Assembly (NCBI GenBank): GCA_001687465.1
Contig: LVLI01000120.1
Span: 1-39,606, forward strand
Source of the DNA: Halocafeteria seosinensis
Taxonomy: Eukaryota
Reading direction: 5' to 3'
Length of the DNA stretch: 39,606 bases
Under the pieces are notes generated by a model. That model worked only from the letters and a program-made list of their open reading frames with translations. It was not told the DNA's origin and did no database searches. Shown here in pieces: positions 1 to 8,856 of the stretch. Made by a program: the position numbers and the translations under genes. Numbering within the stretch: the stretch's first letter is position 1; each line of letters opens with the position of its first letter.

Positions 1-728
1 GAGGAACCATTACCCACTGGGTTGTTTGACGCGGTCTTAGCCAAGCGGTCGGCAGCCGCGTTTGAAGCCCTGCGTATGAACCTAATCTCTGCGCTCCTCA
101 CCATTGGGAGGTTCTTAAGGTGGAACCATTCAGTCCGTGCCCTCTCAAAGAGCGGGATGAGCTTATCCTTGCGGCACTGGGCTTCGCCATTCATGTGATC
201 CACCATCGTTTGTGAGTCGCATTCCATGCGGACGTCCACCGGGGCTGGTAACTCACTTCGGGATGCGTCAAGCGCATCGAAGACCAGTTTAAATCCCAGC
301 AGCATGCCTTCGTACTCGGCTTCGTTGTCAGTCTTGTGTGGCCCAACGTACTGGCTTGAGAGGCCTAACTGGAGTTTAGTGCCAGCTGGCCCAACCCTGT
401 AGCATACAGCCCCAGCTCCCGCGTGCCCTGGGTTGCCCTTGGAAGCGCCATCGGTCTGGCAAAGGAGGCCTTCGAAGACATCCGTTTCGTTTATGACTGG
501 TGGAAGGTCAGCTGCACACATCAGTCCCAGCTCCGAGGGTACAGGTTCCACCACTGAGGATTGTGATTCCGAGGGTGGCTGCGGAATTGGCAAGGCCAGA
601 GCAGCCTGGTCGCCAGTCTGGCTGGGGTTCAGCGGGATAACAGTTCGATGTTGAAGCTGAGGCGATTGAGGGCCTTGACTCAGGCACTGGAGGCGCTGCT
701 TGCGCCGCGTTAGCGTTGATGTCCCCCG
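1..728 (-). CDS. RNase H1 domain (archaeal/plant aRH-like) after a Pro/Gln/Ser linker; -1 frame relative to the RT ORF; partial
   Basis: Manual translation gives CQTDGASKGNPGHAGAG (D at 452-450), KTDNEAEYEG, MECDSQ and NAAADRLA, so all four acidic catalytic positions are present. The frame is open from 728 to the window start. It is missing from the ORF track. Confidence 0.85.
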
Positions 729-2628
729 TTATCGCATGATAGTTGAGTCCCTCTATCTGGGTAGTGAGTGAAGTCGTGAAATGATCCGCAAAAGGAGTCC
801 ACCATTTTGCACTGGCATTTGACCAGCGTAACCCCTAGAGAGGAGATGAGCTTTTGTTTTTCGCAAGCTTTCACATATTGAGAGGCGCCTAGCGGCACCA
901 CGGCATCAGTCAGGCGACCCACCAGGTCCAACAATGTCTTGGAGAAGCCACCGTACGCTTCAATGGCAGCCGGGAGGAAAACAGCTTTCTTGTTAGCAAC
1001 ATTGACCGCATATTTTGATTGTTTGACGGCTGCAGCTGCATCTGCCCGGTGCTGTTCCCCGCTGGCTCTTTTGGCTTCGGTGTTTCCATTTACCACTGTG
1101 ACATCAGACCATGTAAGCTCATTGTTCAGTATGAAGACTAGGTCCATCACCTTAGGCCTAGGTTCAGGTGCATTGTTGACCTCATTGAGTACTCTTCTCA
1201 GGAGCACTTCCCGTTCCACCTGCAGACCATGTCCTCTCGTCCATTCGAAGAGCTTATCCCGAATTGCGTGATGTCTATCGGTGCGCAGGAAGGCCATTGG
1301 ACCCATGAAGCAAGCCAGCGCATGTTCTAGAGTGGGTGTGACCAGCTCCTGTGTACATGGGCAGAACGTTCTGGAGGCCGGGGGTAGGGCACTGGTTTGA
1401 GCGAGACCCAACCTGAGCCTCAGGCCAAACGCAAATTGGTGCGTAGATAGAACATCGCCTTTTTTGGGCGGGGCAGTGAGCCAATTTCCTGCTCCCTTAT
1501 CCCTCACCAGGGTTAGCCGTCGGGCTTCCGCGGAATCTGGATGGATGGCCCCGCACAGGACTGAATGCGTTCGAACAGTCACTTTGTTGGTCAGAAACTT
1601 TTGCAAGGGTTCCTTGAGAGCCCAAAGTTTGAGCCACCCTGCGTCCGCCTCCCCTAGAGCGTTCACCACGTCGGCGTGAATTGCCCGAAGCCAGTGGGGA
1701 GGCTGGGGACTATCCACGGAGAGTCCATACACATCCGTGTCAGTGTAATTAAGGGCAAACTTGGCTGAATCTAGCACACCAGCAAGATACGACGCATGGG
1801 CTGTGCGCGCCAGATCTCCCAGGCCCACACCCCCTAGCTTCCTGGACAACGTTATCTGCGTTAATACTCTTGGGGGCACCGGTGAGTCCACTGCTGCCAG
1901 GCGTAAGACCTCCTTGGTGAAGAAGTCATCCAACATCCCTGCTGCCTCCAGCGTCGCTTCCGGGGGTGTGTTCCGAACTAGGAACCTCGGTTTGTGGATG
2001 AGGGATCCGAGAAGGAGCGTCATATAGCATTGCGGGGGTAATCCAAGATTACCTAGGTCTCCACACAGGGTCATGGTGTCTTCGAAGTCCTTCCGGACGT
2101 GATTGGAGCAGAAGTTAACGCCTCCAATAGGCGCTCCCAGAACAACCAGTCCTGTGTCATCACCCCTCACAGCAACGGAGCTTAGTGAGTTTTGCCAGAC
2201 CTCTTCCTCGGGGATTCCTCCAACTAGGGCCTTGCACTTGGCCCTGTTGACCGACAGCCCGACTTGCTCCAGGAGGTCGCACAGCTTGCCAAATGTTGCG
2301 AGACAGTCATCGTTGGGTCCAACTATGTGAATGTCATCCATATATGCAAAGAGTGCGATGGCGGGCCACGTTTGTTGGACATCCTCAAGGACATCCTGCA
2401 AACCGAGGCAAAATAGGTTGCCTCCGATAGGGCAGCCTTGTTTTGTTCCAGAACAGCTCGTGACGCTGTTTCCGTTCCACGTGAGTGTAGATGGGGAACC
2501 ATATGCCCAAGCAGCGAGCCCCATGAGGGCAGGAACTTTCTGGTGGACCGCATCCAGTACCTTCTCCCTCTTAATGCAGTTAAACGCGTTGGAGCAGTCC
2601 ACGCTGAGAAGCGTGTCGTATGCATCAC
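1..2628 (-). mobile_element. Non-LTR retrotransposon, CRE-like (RT + RLE endonuclease + RNase H), 5'-truncated; 3' end runs off the window
   Basis: RT motifs LSVDCSNAFN, GTKQGCPIGGNLF, FAYMDDI and LGGVGL. RLE-type C-x-C-x10-H-x3-C, RHH, KVMD, DVTV and KxxKY. An RNase H follows. The reading frame begins abruptly at ~2629 without the N-terminal RT motifs. Confidence 0.88.
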
Positions 2629-2629
2629 T
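710..2629 (-). CDS. Reverse transcriptase plus CCHC zinc knuckle and restriction-like endonuclease (N-terminally truncated)
   Basis: ORF 710..2602 extends upstream in frame (SDAYDTLLSVDCSNAFN) to a stop at 2645-2647. It contains YMDD, FCPC...HALAC and TDRHHAIRD. Confidence 0.88.
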   Translation of the reverse strand, partial: SDAYDTLLSVDCSNAFNCIKREKVLDAVHQKVPALMGLAAWAYGSPSTLTWNGNSVTSCSGTKQGCPIGGNLFCLGLQDVLEDVQQTWPAIALFAYMDDIHIVGPNDDCLATFGKLCDLLEQVGLSVNRAKCKALVGGIPEEEVWQNSLSSVAVRGDDTGLVVLGAPIGGVNFCSNHVRKDFEDTMTLCGDLGNLGLPPQCYMTLLLGSLIHKPRFLVRNTPPEATLEAAGMLDDFFTKEVLRLAAVDSPVPPRVLTQITLSRKLGGVGLGDLARTAHASYLAGVLDSAKFALNYTDTDVYGLSVDSPQPPHWLRAIHADVVNALGEADAGWLKLWALKEPLQKFLTNKVTVRTHSVLCGAIHPDSAEARRLTLVRDKGAGNWLTAPPKKGDVLSTHQFAFGLRLRLGLAQTSALPPASRTFCPCTQELVTPTLEHALACFMGPMAFLRTDRHHAIRDKLFEWTRGHGLQVEREVLLRRVLNEVNNAPEPRPKVMDLVFILNNELTWSDVTVVNGNTEAKRASGEQHRADAAAAVKQSKYAVNVANKKAVFLPAAIEAYGGFSKTLLDLVGRLTDAVVPLGASQYVKACEKQKLISSLGVTLVKCQCKMVDSFCGSFHDFTHYPDRGTQLSCDNGGHQR

Positions 2630-2990
2630 GCAATGAAATGACGATTACGGGGAATGCCTGTCAGCATTTACTGAATTTGCCGATTTTGGAGTTGTCTTCC
2701 TGCGAGCAGAGTCCGAAATGCGACCAGACGGCCGTTTCGGACTCTGCTCTCCAGCATTTTCCCGTGTAAAAGTTGGATGTGAGTCACTGCCGTCGATCGA
2801 TCAGCTCGGACTCTGCTTTTCAACATTTGGAGAATGTAAAAGTGCTATTTTTGGCATTCTGCGACCAAAAATTTATTACTGACATTGCCTTTTCGGCACT
2901 CTTCAAAGTTGACAACCCTAGGTATCAGCTATTGTTGTCAAAAAACCAACGGATTGCCCCCTCTAGCATTTGACACAGAGAGCTGAATAA
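2626..2990 (+). pseudogene. Decayed leucine-rich-repeat gene fragment (~24-aa CxQxTITDxAFxHL-type repeats)
   Basis: In frame from 2629: CNEMTITGNACQHLLNLPILELSSC...CDQTAVSDSALQHFPV*KLDVSHCRRSISSDSAFQHLENVKVLFLAFCDQKFITDIAF. There is an internal stop at 2767 and later degeneration. Confidence 0.7.
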
Positions 2991-3560
2991 TATGGACGAG
3001 TGTGCCCAGCTTTCAGATACCGCCCTTCAGTATTTACCAAACTTGACATGTTTATAGATGAATAGATACTCCCAAAGAGACCATAACTGATTTGATTTTT
3101 CAGTGTGTATTGGTATTACTCCGTTTTCAGCATTTGTCAACTTTGAGGGATTGCAGATGGCTGAATGCAATTTCGGATACTGATTTTCATCATTGGCAAA
3201 GTTGATGGCATTGTCAATGAGCGACTGCAATCCGGAGACGATAACAGTCTCGGTTTCGAAACATGTACCAGATTTGGCATATTTGTATGCAAATCATTGC
3301 CGCCGAAGCAGCCTCACAGCTCGGGATATTCGTCCCACGTTGACATAGCTCGAAATGGACTCTGACGAGGACTAGAAATCTATCATTAAATTTCTGTTCT
3401 GTGGAATTATTGGATACCTTGAGGTCTGAGGTAGATCCTGCGGCTATTTTGAGGATAGGCCTTTTGAGCACTTGTACAGCTGTCATCTGAAGTTGCGCGA
3501 AGGGGTATGTCAGCAAGGCTGCAGGAACAGCGGGCCCGTCGCTGCTTAACACGGGCGCTT

Positions 3561-3629
3561 ACCGCTCCTCGTTAAGAGGATGTGGTCAACTTCCCGGCCG
3601 GTGGGCTATCTGTCACATTTGTGTGTGTG
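3561..3629. repeat. Solo terminal/subterminal segment of the TIR element family at 39.1-39.6 kb
   Basis: 3561-3618 matches 39524-39581 in direct orientation with few mismatches. 3592-3629 is a perfect 38-bp inverted match to 39099-39136. Confidence 0.85.
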
Positions 3630-4360
3630 AGGGAGTCTTGTCATCCAAATACCGTTGTGTTGAAATTGCGCCCATTGGCTATGGACCATTTTGACAATAA
3701 CTAATACTGCGTTCCAGTATATTCCCGAGTTTTTGTTTTGAGCATACACTGTTGCTGACAGTATACAGCGACGAACTCACGCTGCCGTTACCAATGATGG
3801 CTTAGTGACACTGAGCGTCATTTCAGATGGAGCTGCTGACGATGCCCCATTCCGGATCGCGCTTTCGCAAACTTGCCCACTCTGAAAGTATTTGCTATGA
3901 CCCTCTCTGGTGGCGTTTTGGTTACTTATGGATCCGGAAGTGTAGCACAGTACTTGAAAACGTGCCTGCAAAGCGATGATTACCGAACTCGCGAGATGGG
4001 GCAATGCGCACAGCGGACTGGAACCGTCGGATAAATTGCAAAATGAATGTTCCACTCAGCCATTTTCAGTGGTATGATAGGAGCAGTATATGATGCAAAA
4101 TAAACGCAGTTACCATTCGTCGAACCCGTTGGTTTGAGTTGTACCCAGTCCACGCTGGCCATTCGCGATGTTGTCGCAAGTCTCTGTGAAGGAGAATCGC
4201 TTCAAGAACCTCATTCACCGTACATTCGCTTTCATGTTGGATTGACCTCGTGTCTGTCGAGCCGAAAGAGGGACCCTCCGTAACCATGTCACATGGAAGT
4301 CTGGCTGCATGCCCTATGTGCAGCAGCTTCGAGATCCAGGGCCCGGGATCGGATCGTTTT

Positions 4361-5401
4361 ATGAAGCAGCCCTCTCTCAAGCTGCATTCGGGGGAACATC
4401 TCCCATGCATTGGCCTAGGCACATGGAAGTCCGAGAAGAGCAAAGTCTACCAGGCGGTGCTCTCCGCCGTGCGATGTGGGTACCGCCATATTGACGCGGC
4501 GGCTGTCTACGGCAACGAAGCTGAAATTGGGGAAGCGCTACAGGAGCTCTTTCGTAACAAGGAAGTGACACGGAAGGAACTTTTCATTACGAGTAAACTC
4601 TGGGTCACCCACTGTGATCCCGTGGACGTGAAGGAAATGCTGGGTAAAACGCTGGAGGATCTGCAGCTCGAGTATTTGGACTTGTACTTAATCCACTGGC
4701 CTTACTTCCTCGAGAAAGGTACAACAACCTTCCCGCCTCCAGTTGCAAGTAGGAAAGGTTATTCGAGGTCGTCTGTGACGGCTGTTTGGCGTGTTCTAGA
4801 AGAAGAGGTTGACAATGGGAGACTAAGGAACATTGGAGTTAGTAACATGAGCGTCCCGAAACTAAAGAGCCTGTTAGAAGATGCTCGAATTCAACCAGCG
4901 GCCAATCAAGTCGAATTGCACCCGTATCTACAGCAGAAGAGCTTGGTAAAGTTTTGCCAAGACAATAGGATAGCAGTCATCGCATACGCCCCTTTGGGGT
5001 CACCAGATAGACCCGATTTTTACAGAGAGTCTACCGATGATATTTTGCTGGAAAACGATATTATTGTTTCTATAGCAACAAAGCATGACTGCACTCCTGC
5101 GCAAATTTTGATACGCTTTGCCATAGAGCGTGGCACTGCTGTGATACCGAAGAGTGTGACACCTGCGCGGATTGATGAAAACATTCAAAGTCTGAAAATT
5201 GAGCTGGATATGGAGGATATGGAGAAACTTAAGATTCTGGACGTTCACTTGAGATATTTGAAAGGGGCAATGTTTGCACCAGAAGGAGGTAAGATGAAGG
5301 ACATACCATTCTAAAAAATGTTTTTGGTTGGTAATTATGTCCTCGCCCTTAATACAGAGCACTGGAAGCATATATGGGATGAGGAGGTAGATGAGTCATG
5401 A
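4361..5401 (+). CDS. Aldo-keto reductase (AKR1-like, NADPH-dependent); one intron 5289-5357; alternative ATG at 4286
   Basis: GLGTWKS, GYRHIDAAAVYGNE, LFITSKLW, LDLYLIHWP, IGVSN, NQVELHPY and IPKSVTPARI. Splicing GTAAG..TACAG gives the C-terminus EHWKHIWDEEVDES*. Confidence 0.93.
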
Positions 5402-5432
5402 AGAGGGTTTTGATCTGTCGGAATCCTCCGGC

Positions 5433-6112
5433 TTTCTAGCGTCGTAAATGACTTGCTGCCTAACTCTGGCCCCCTTTTTCTGATTGGGTTGCCACGTCAT
5501 TACTACCATGGATACAGAATGATTCAAATGCGAACCATAGAGCGAACAAGAGGCCCTAACGTGTAACATGCTTCTTCGGAATGAGTTACGCTATTATTAT
5601 ACATACACACATCTACAAAGCCTGATCAACCACATGCTATGGATCACTTGCAAACGTTGCAAGCATATAGCCTCCCTTTTTCCCACAATAAGTTCTTCCG
5701 TTGTTCCCACAGAGGACTATCCGACTACACTGTAGGAGAAAACGACCCGGAGTCCAGAACGATGATTACTTGTCTTCCCGAGCTTTCACGTGCACCTCCA
5801 CTCAAATTCCTGTTCCGCATTGATTCTGTGAGACCGACTGTGCCACCTGGTGTGTACAGTATGATGATGCATCTGACTGTACTGCGGCAGTGCCTCTGTG
5901 AGGTCCCGAAGCTCGCACGCTACCAACACTCAGAGTTGTCCCCTCAACAGATGGAATATCTATAGTCGTGTTGCCTGTGTTTTGCTTTCTCAAGAATGCA
6001 GTCATTGTTGTGCGCAACTTTCAGCATCAGGACGGAAATATCACATGGCGTATGTGGGAGTGAACCCCTGACTCTCAGAACCTTCAGACCGAGCTACCAG
6101 GAAGGCGCTTCG
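5433..6112. repeat. Inverted, internally deleted copy of 21863-23593
   Basis: 5433-6068 is the reverse complement of ~23593-22985, and 6068-6112 is the reverse complement of ~21922-21863. About 1.06 kb holding most of the 21935-23008 ORF is missing. Confidence 0.92.
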
Positions 6113-6309
6113 GATACAAGCATACTACATCGCAGCATCAAAACCCGCATTAGATACTCTTGAACAAACGGGTGGGAATGTTATCAATACTAGGTAGTGA
6201 AGTCCTGTAGTCACTCATGCTTGATTTGACACAGTATTGGTACAAGTAGTAGCCAAGAAGTCAAGTGTTCACGACCTCAGCAGTATAGCTTGTAACGCAT
6301 TGTAGCTAG

Positions 6310-6591
6310 CATCGATACGGTGATTTGTACATTCACCATAAATATAGCCCTGTCGTTTGTGGCACACAAACATATGAAAGTTACAACATATGCTTCGGCC
6401 AGTACAGCAGGGTATTGTACTCACTGTATGCTGGGTACGGCATCCGCACTTGCCATTAGCATTAGCAGAGTCCTCTCAAACTACGCACCGGGTGTCAGAG
6501 CCACGCTATGTCGACATGAATCTTTCGCAACTATTTACGTGACAGTAGGAAGTAAAATCGTTTTATTGCATCTATCCCTTTGTACCGTGCG
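6310..6591. repeat. Direct, diverged copy of ~21630-21864
   Basis: Shared blocks include gtggcacacaaacatat, atccgcacttgcca, tcgacatgaatctttcgcaactatttacgtgac, aaatcgttttattgcatcta and ctttgtaccgtgcg. Confidence 0.88.
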
Positions 6592-6907
6592 CCGAGGCGA
6601 AAAACTTGACGCTACAAAGAAGCACGATGCTGCGTGTTTGGATTTCATGCAGCTCGTGCAACTCATGAACGGGAAAATGACCAACGAAAGGAAGGTGTCT
6701 GGGACTCCTGAGGAAGCTGTCATTCAGGATGTAATCGCGAGAGGTAGATCCAATACATGTATAATTCCGGGTCGTTAGGTCCTCTAGGAACTGACAAGTT
6801 GCGTGATCGTAAGCCAAGAAACTGAGCTCATCATACATCTGCGCAATCGGTATGGACCTACAATCGAATCCTGGATACACGAAGGGTGATGATGCGCGCT
6901 CATGTCT

Positions 6908-6953
6908 ACACACACACACACACACTGACACACACTGACACACACTGACACTG
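6908..6953. repeat. (CA)n / (CACACACTGA)n microsatellite
   Basis: Read directly from the sequence. Confidence 0.9.
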
Positions 6954-7179
6954 TACCCATCTAGCACCATATCAAATATGCTTCTGACTGAAGACATCCT
7001 GGTCACAAAACCATCATGTCGGTGCAAGTTTTCTATGGACAGTAACATCATTTCACGATGAATCGACTGTACTGGTCACCGTGGGGTGTATACGATGGTG
7101 CATGTGTGTTGTATTGGTAGATCAGTGAATACCACTGACGTAATGGAGACCATGAGTTAGTAACAAACAATATAAGAGA

Positions 7180-8856
7180 TTACTTCCTCTCAAGTGCATA
7201 AAGCTGCTCCCTTCTTGCTTGACTCCCAATAATTCTCACCTTGACATCGGTCTCAAAATTTTGTCCTGCGTCAGTGTTCCCTGTGACGACTAACCTGTCA
7301 CTGTCGTTCTTGATGGACATGCCAGTGTCTCCAACGCAGCGAAACACAAAGTCAGATTTACCGTCTCTGTCAACATCTCTATCTTTCATTGTCGATTGCG
7401 CTTTGCATCCTTTCTCCTGTTCGACTAGTGATTGTCTCCCCATTCGAATGCTGCTCGCATTAATTTTGGTAGAGTCGAACTCGTCGTCGCTCAGAATAGA
7501 AACAAGGATTTGGCGATTAGGGCATGGGAGGAGACTAGCATTTCCGCTGGGTCTGTTGTTGATCAGAATTGTCGGAGTCGTAGCTTCATTGCCCTTGGTC
7601 AAGCATTGGTGTGGGCCAAAAGGCCCGAAACTTGGGAGCTTGCCTGGTTCTACAATCCACGGGCTGGGGAATGTTTCCCAAACCACTTCTCCGTCGACTG
7701 AATACAGTTTCCCTCGAATACTGTCCAAACCCACAGTGTTGCCCTGTGTGAAGAGTGTATCTCCATCCGTCACATTGCTCGTGTCACCGACGAAGGAGCC
7801 AGACGATATAACTGAATGCTTGACAACCGTAGGGGATGCAACTGATGGAGTTATTCCAGCAGCTCCTTCCCCTGAAACGGCACCCGCAACATAGACCTCT
7901 TCTATTGAGATTGTAAGACGAGTTTCGATCCCGAAAGACCTTCCAGCAATCCCACCACTGTCTACACCGGAAACGTCACCCAAAGTGTATCCCCAGCTAA
8001 TAGACAGCCAGTCTCCCTCCATCGCAGCATGAGATCCGAGCAACCCTCCCGAACCTTTTCCAGTAATATTGCCGGAGGAGCGGCAAATTAAGACCTTCAA
8101 AGTGGTCCCCTGACCAGCATAAGCTCCGCAGATTCCACCACTTCCCTCTCCGTGAATGAGCCCCGTAGAAGATGCGGACCGGACCTCGGTATCCTGATCT
8201 CCTTCAAATCCGGCGAACTGCCCTAAAATCCCACCAGCCCCTTTTCCTCCAATGTTTCCGGAGGAATCGCACCTACCTACGTCTACTGCTACGGCGAAAC
8301 CTCCCATGATACCCCCAGCACCCTCTCCTGAAATATCCCCTGAAGAATAGCAACAGGAGATGCTGGCGAAACTATTGTAATCACCTGAGATTCCACCACT
8401 CCCCAGAGATCCGATTTCTCCGGTGGAGCTGCAACTACTCAAGAAGTAGTAGCTCTGGTTTTGGCGCATAATATAACCACCATGGGCAGCAAGAGCCCCA
8501 TTCTCTGTGTGCACGCTCGAGACTGCTACGCTCTCCGTGACAGCGTTCGCTGCCGAAGTGAACATCCCTTGGAAAGAAGTAATTCCGCTCAAATCAACAG
8601 TATATGCACCATCACCATCAAACGCCTCATTAGCGTGAAGAGAAATGAAGTCAGCGGGACCGAAAAAGTCAAGCCAAGAGAAGCTACAGAGTAGACGAAA
8701 CGTCAATACGTCGGCCACCCACTCTATGCACGGAACGCTTCCTGCAATGACCGTGCTCCTCTGGTCTACAGGTTCTGGTGCGGGTCCGATACCTGCAGTA
8801 TAGGATGCTGTTCCCAGCAGCACCAAGAACGTACACGTAAGCACAATGCGTTGCAT
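7180..8856 (-). CDS. Secreted Gly/Ser-rich repeat protein (GLUG-like, putative beta-helix) with a C-terminal DxDxDG-containing domain; intronless
   Basis: Hydrophobic signal peptide MQRIVLTCTFLVLLGTA. About 7 repeats of S-x-G-x-I-x-G-x-G-[AS]-GGIxG. C-terminal VSILSDDEFD...DVDRDGKSDFVF...LVVTGNTDAGQNF. Confidence 0.75.
   Translation of the reverse strand: MQRIVLTCTFLVLLGTASYTAGIGPAPEPVDQRSTVIAGSVPCIEWVADVLTFRLLCSFSWLDFFGPADFISLHANEAFDGDGAYTVDLSGITSFQGMFTSAANAVTESVAVSSVHTENGALAAHGGYIMRQNQSYYFLSSCSSTGEIGSLGSGGISGDYNSFASISCCYSSGDISGEGAGGIMGGFAVAVDVGRCDSSGNIGGKGAGGILGQFAGFEGDQDTEVRSASSTGLIHGEGSGGICGAYAGQGTTLKVLICRSSGNITGKGSGGLLGSHAAMEGDWLSISWGYTLGDVSGVDSGGIAGRSFGIETRLTISIEEVYVAGAVSGEGAAGITPSVASPTVVKHSVISSGSFVGDTSNVTDGDTLFTQGNTVGLDSIRGKLYSVDGEVVWETFPSPWIVEPGKLPSFGPFGPHQCLTKGNEATTPTILINNRPSGNASLLPCPNRQILVSILSDDEFDSTKINASSIRMGRQSLVEQEKGCKAQSTMKDRDVDRDGKSDFVFRCVGDTGMSIKNDSDRLVVTGNTDAGQNFETDVKVRIIGSQARREQLYALERK

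Noticed and set aside
2631..2652. Short matches of 2631-2650 to 9161 (caatgaaatgac) and 39501 (acgattacgg)
   Set aside because: They are only 10-12 bp, do not extend, and are explained by the LRR coding frame or chance.
7241..7894. Antisense and overlapping ORFs (for example 7241-7894, 36417-37046, 939-1271)
   Set aside because: They are shadows of real genes on the opposite strand and have no independent motifs.
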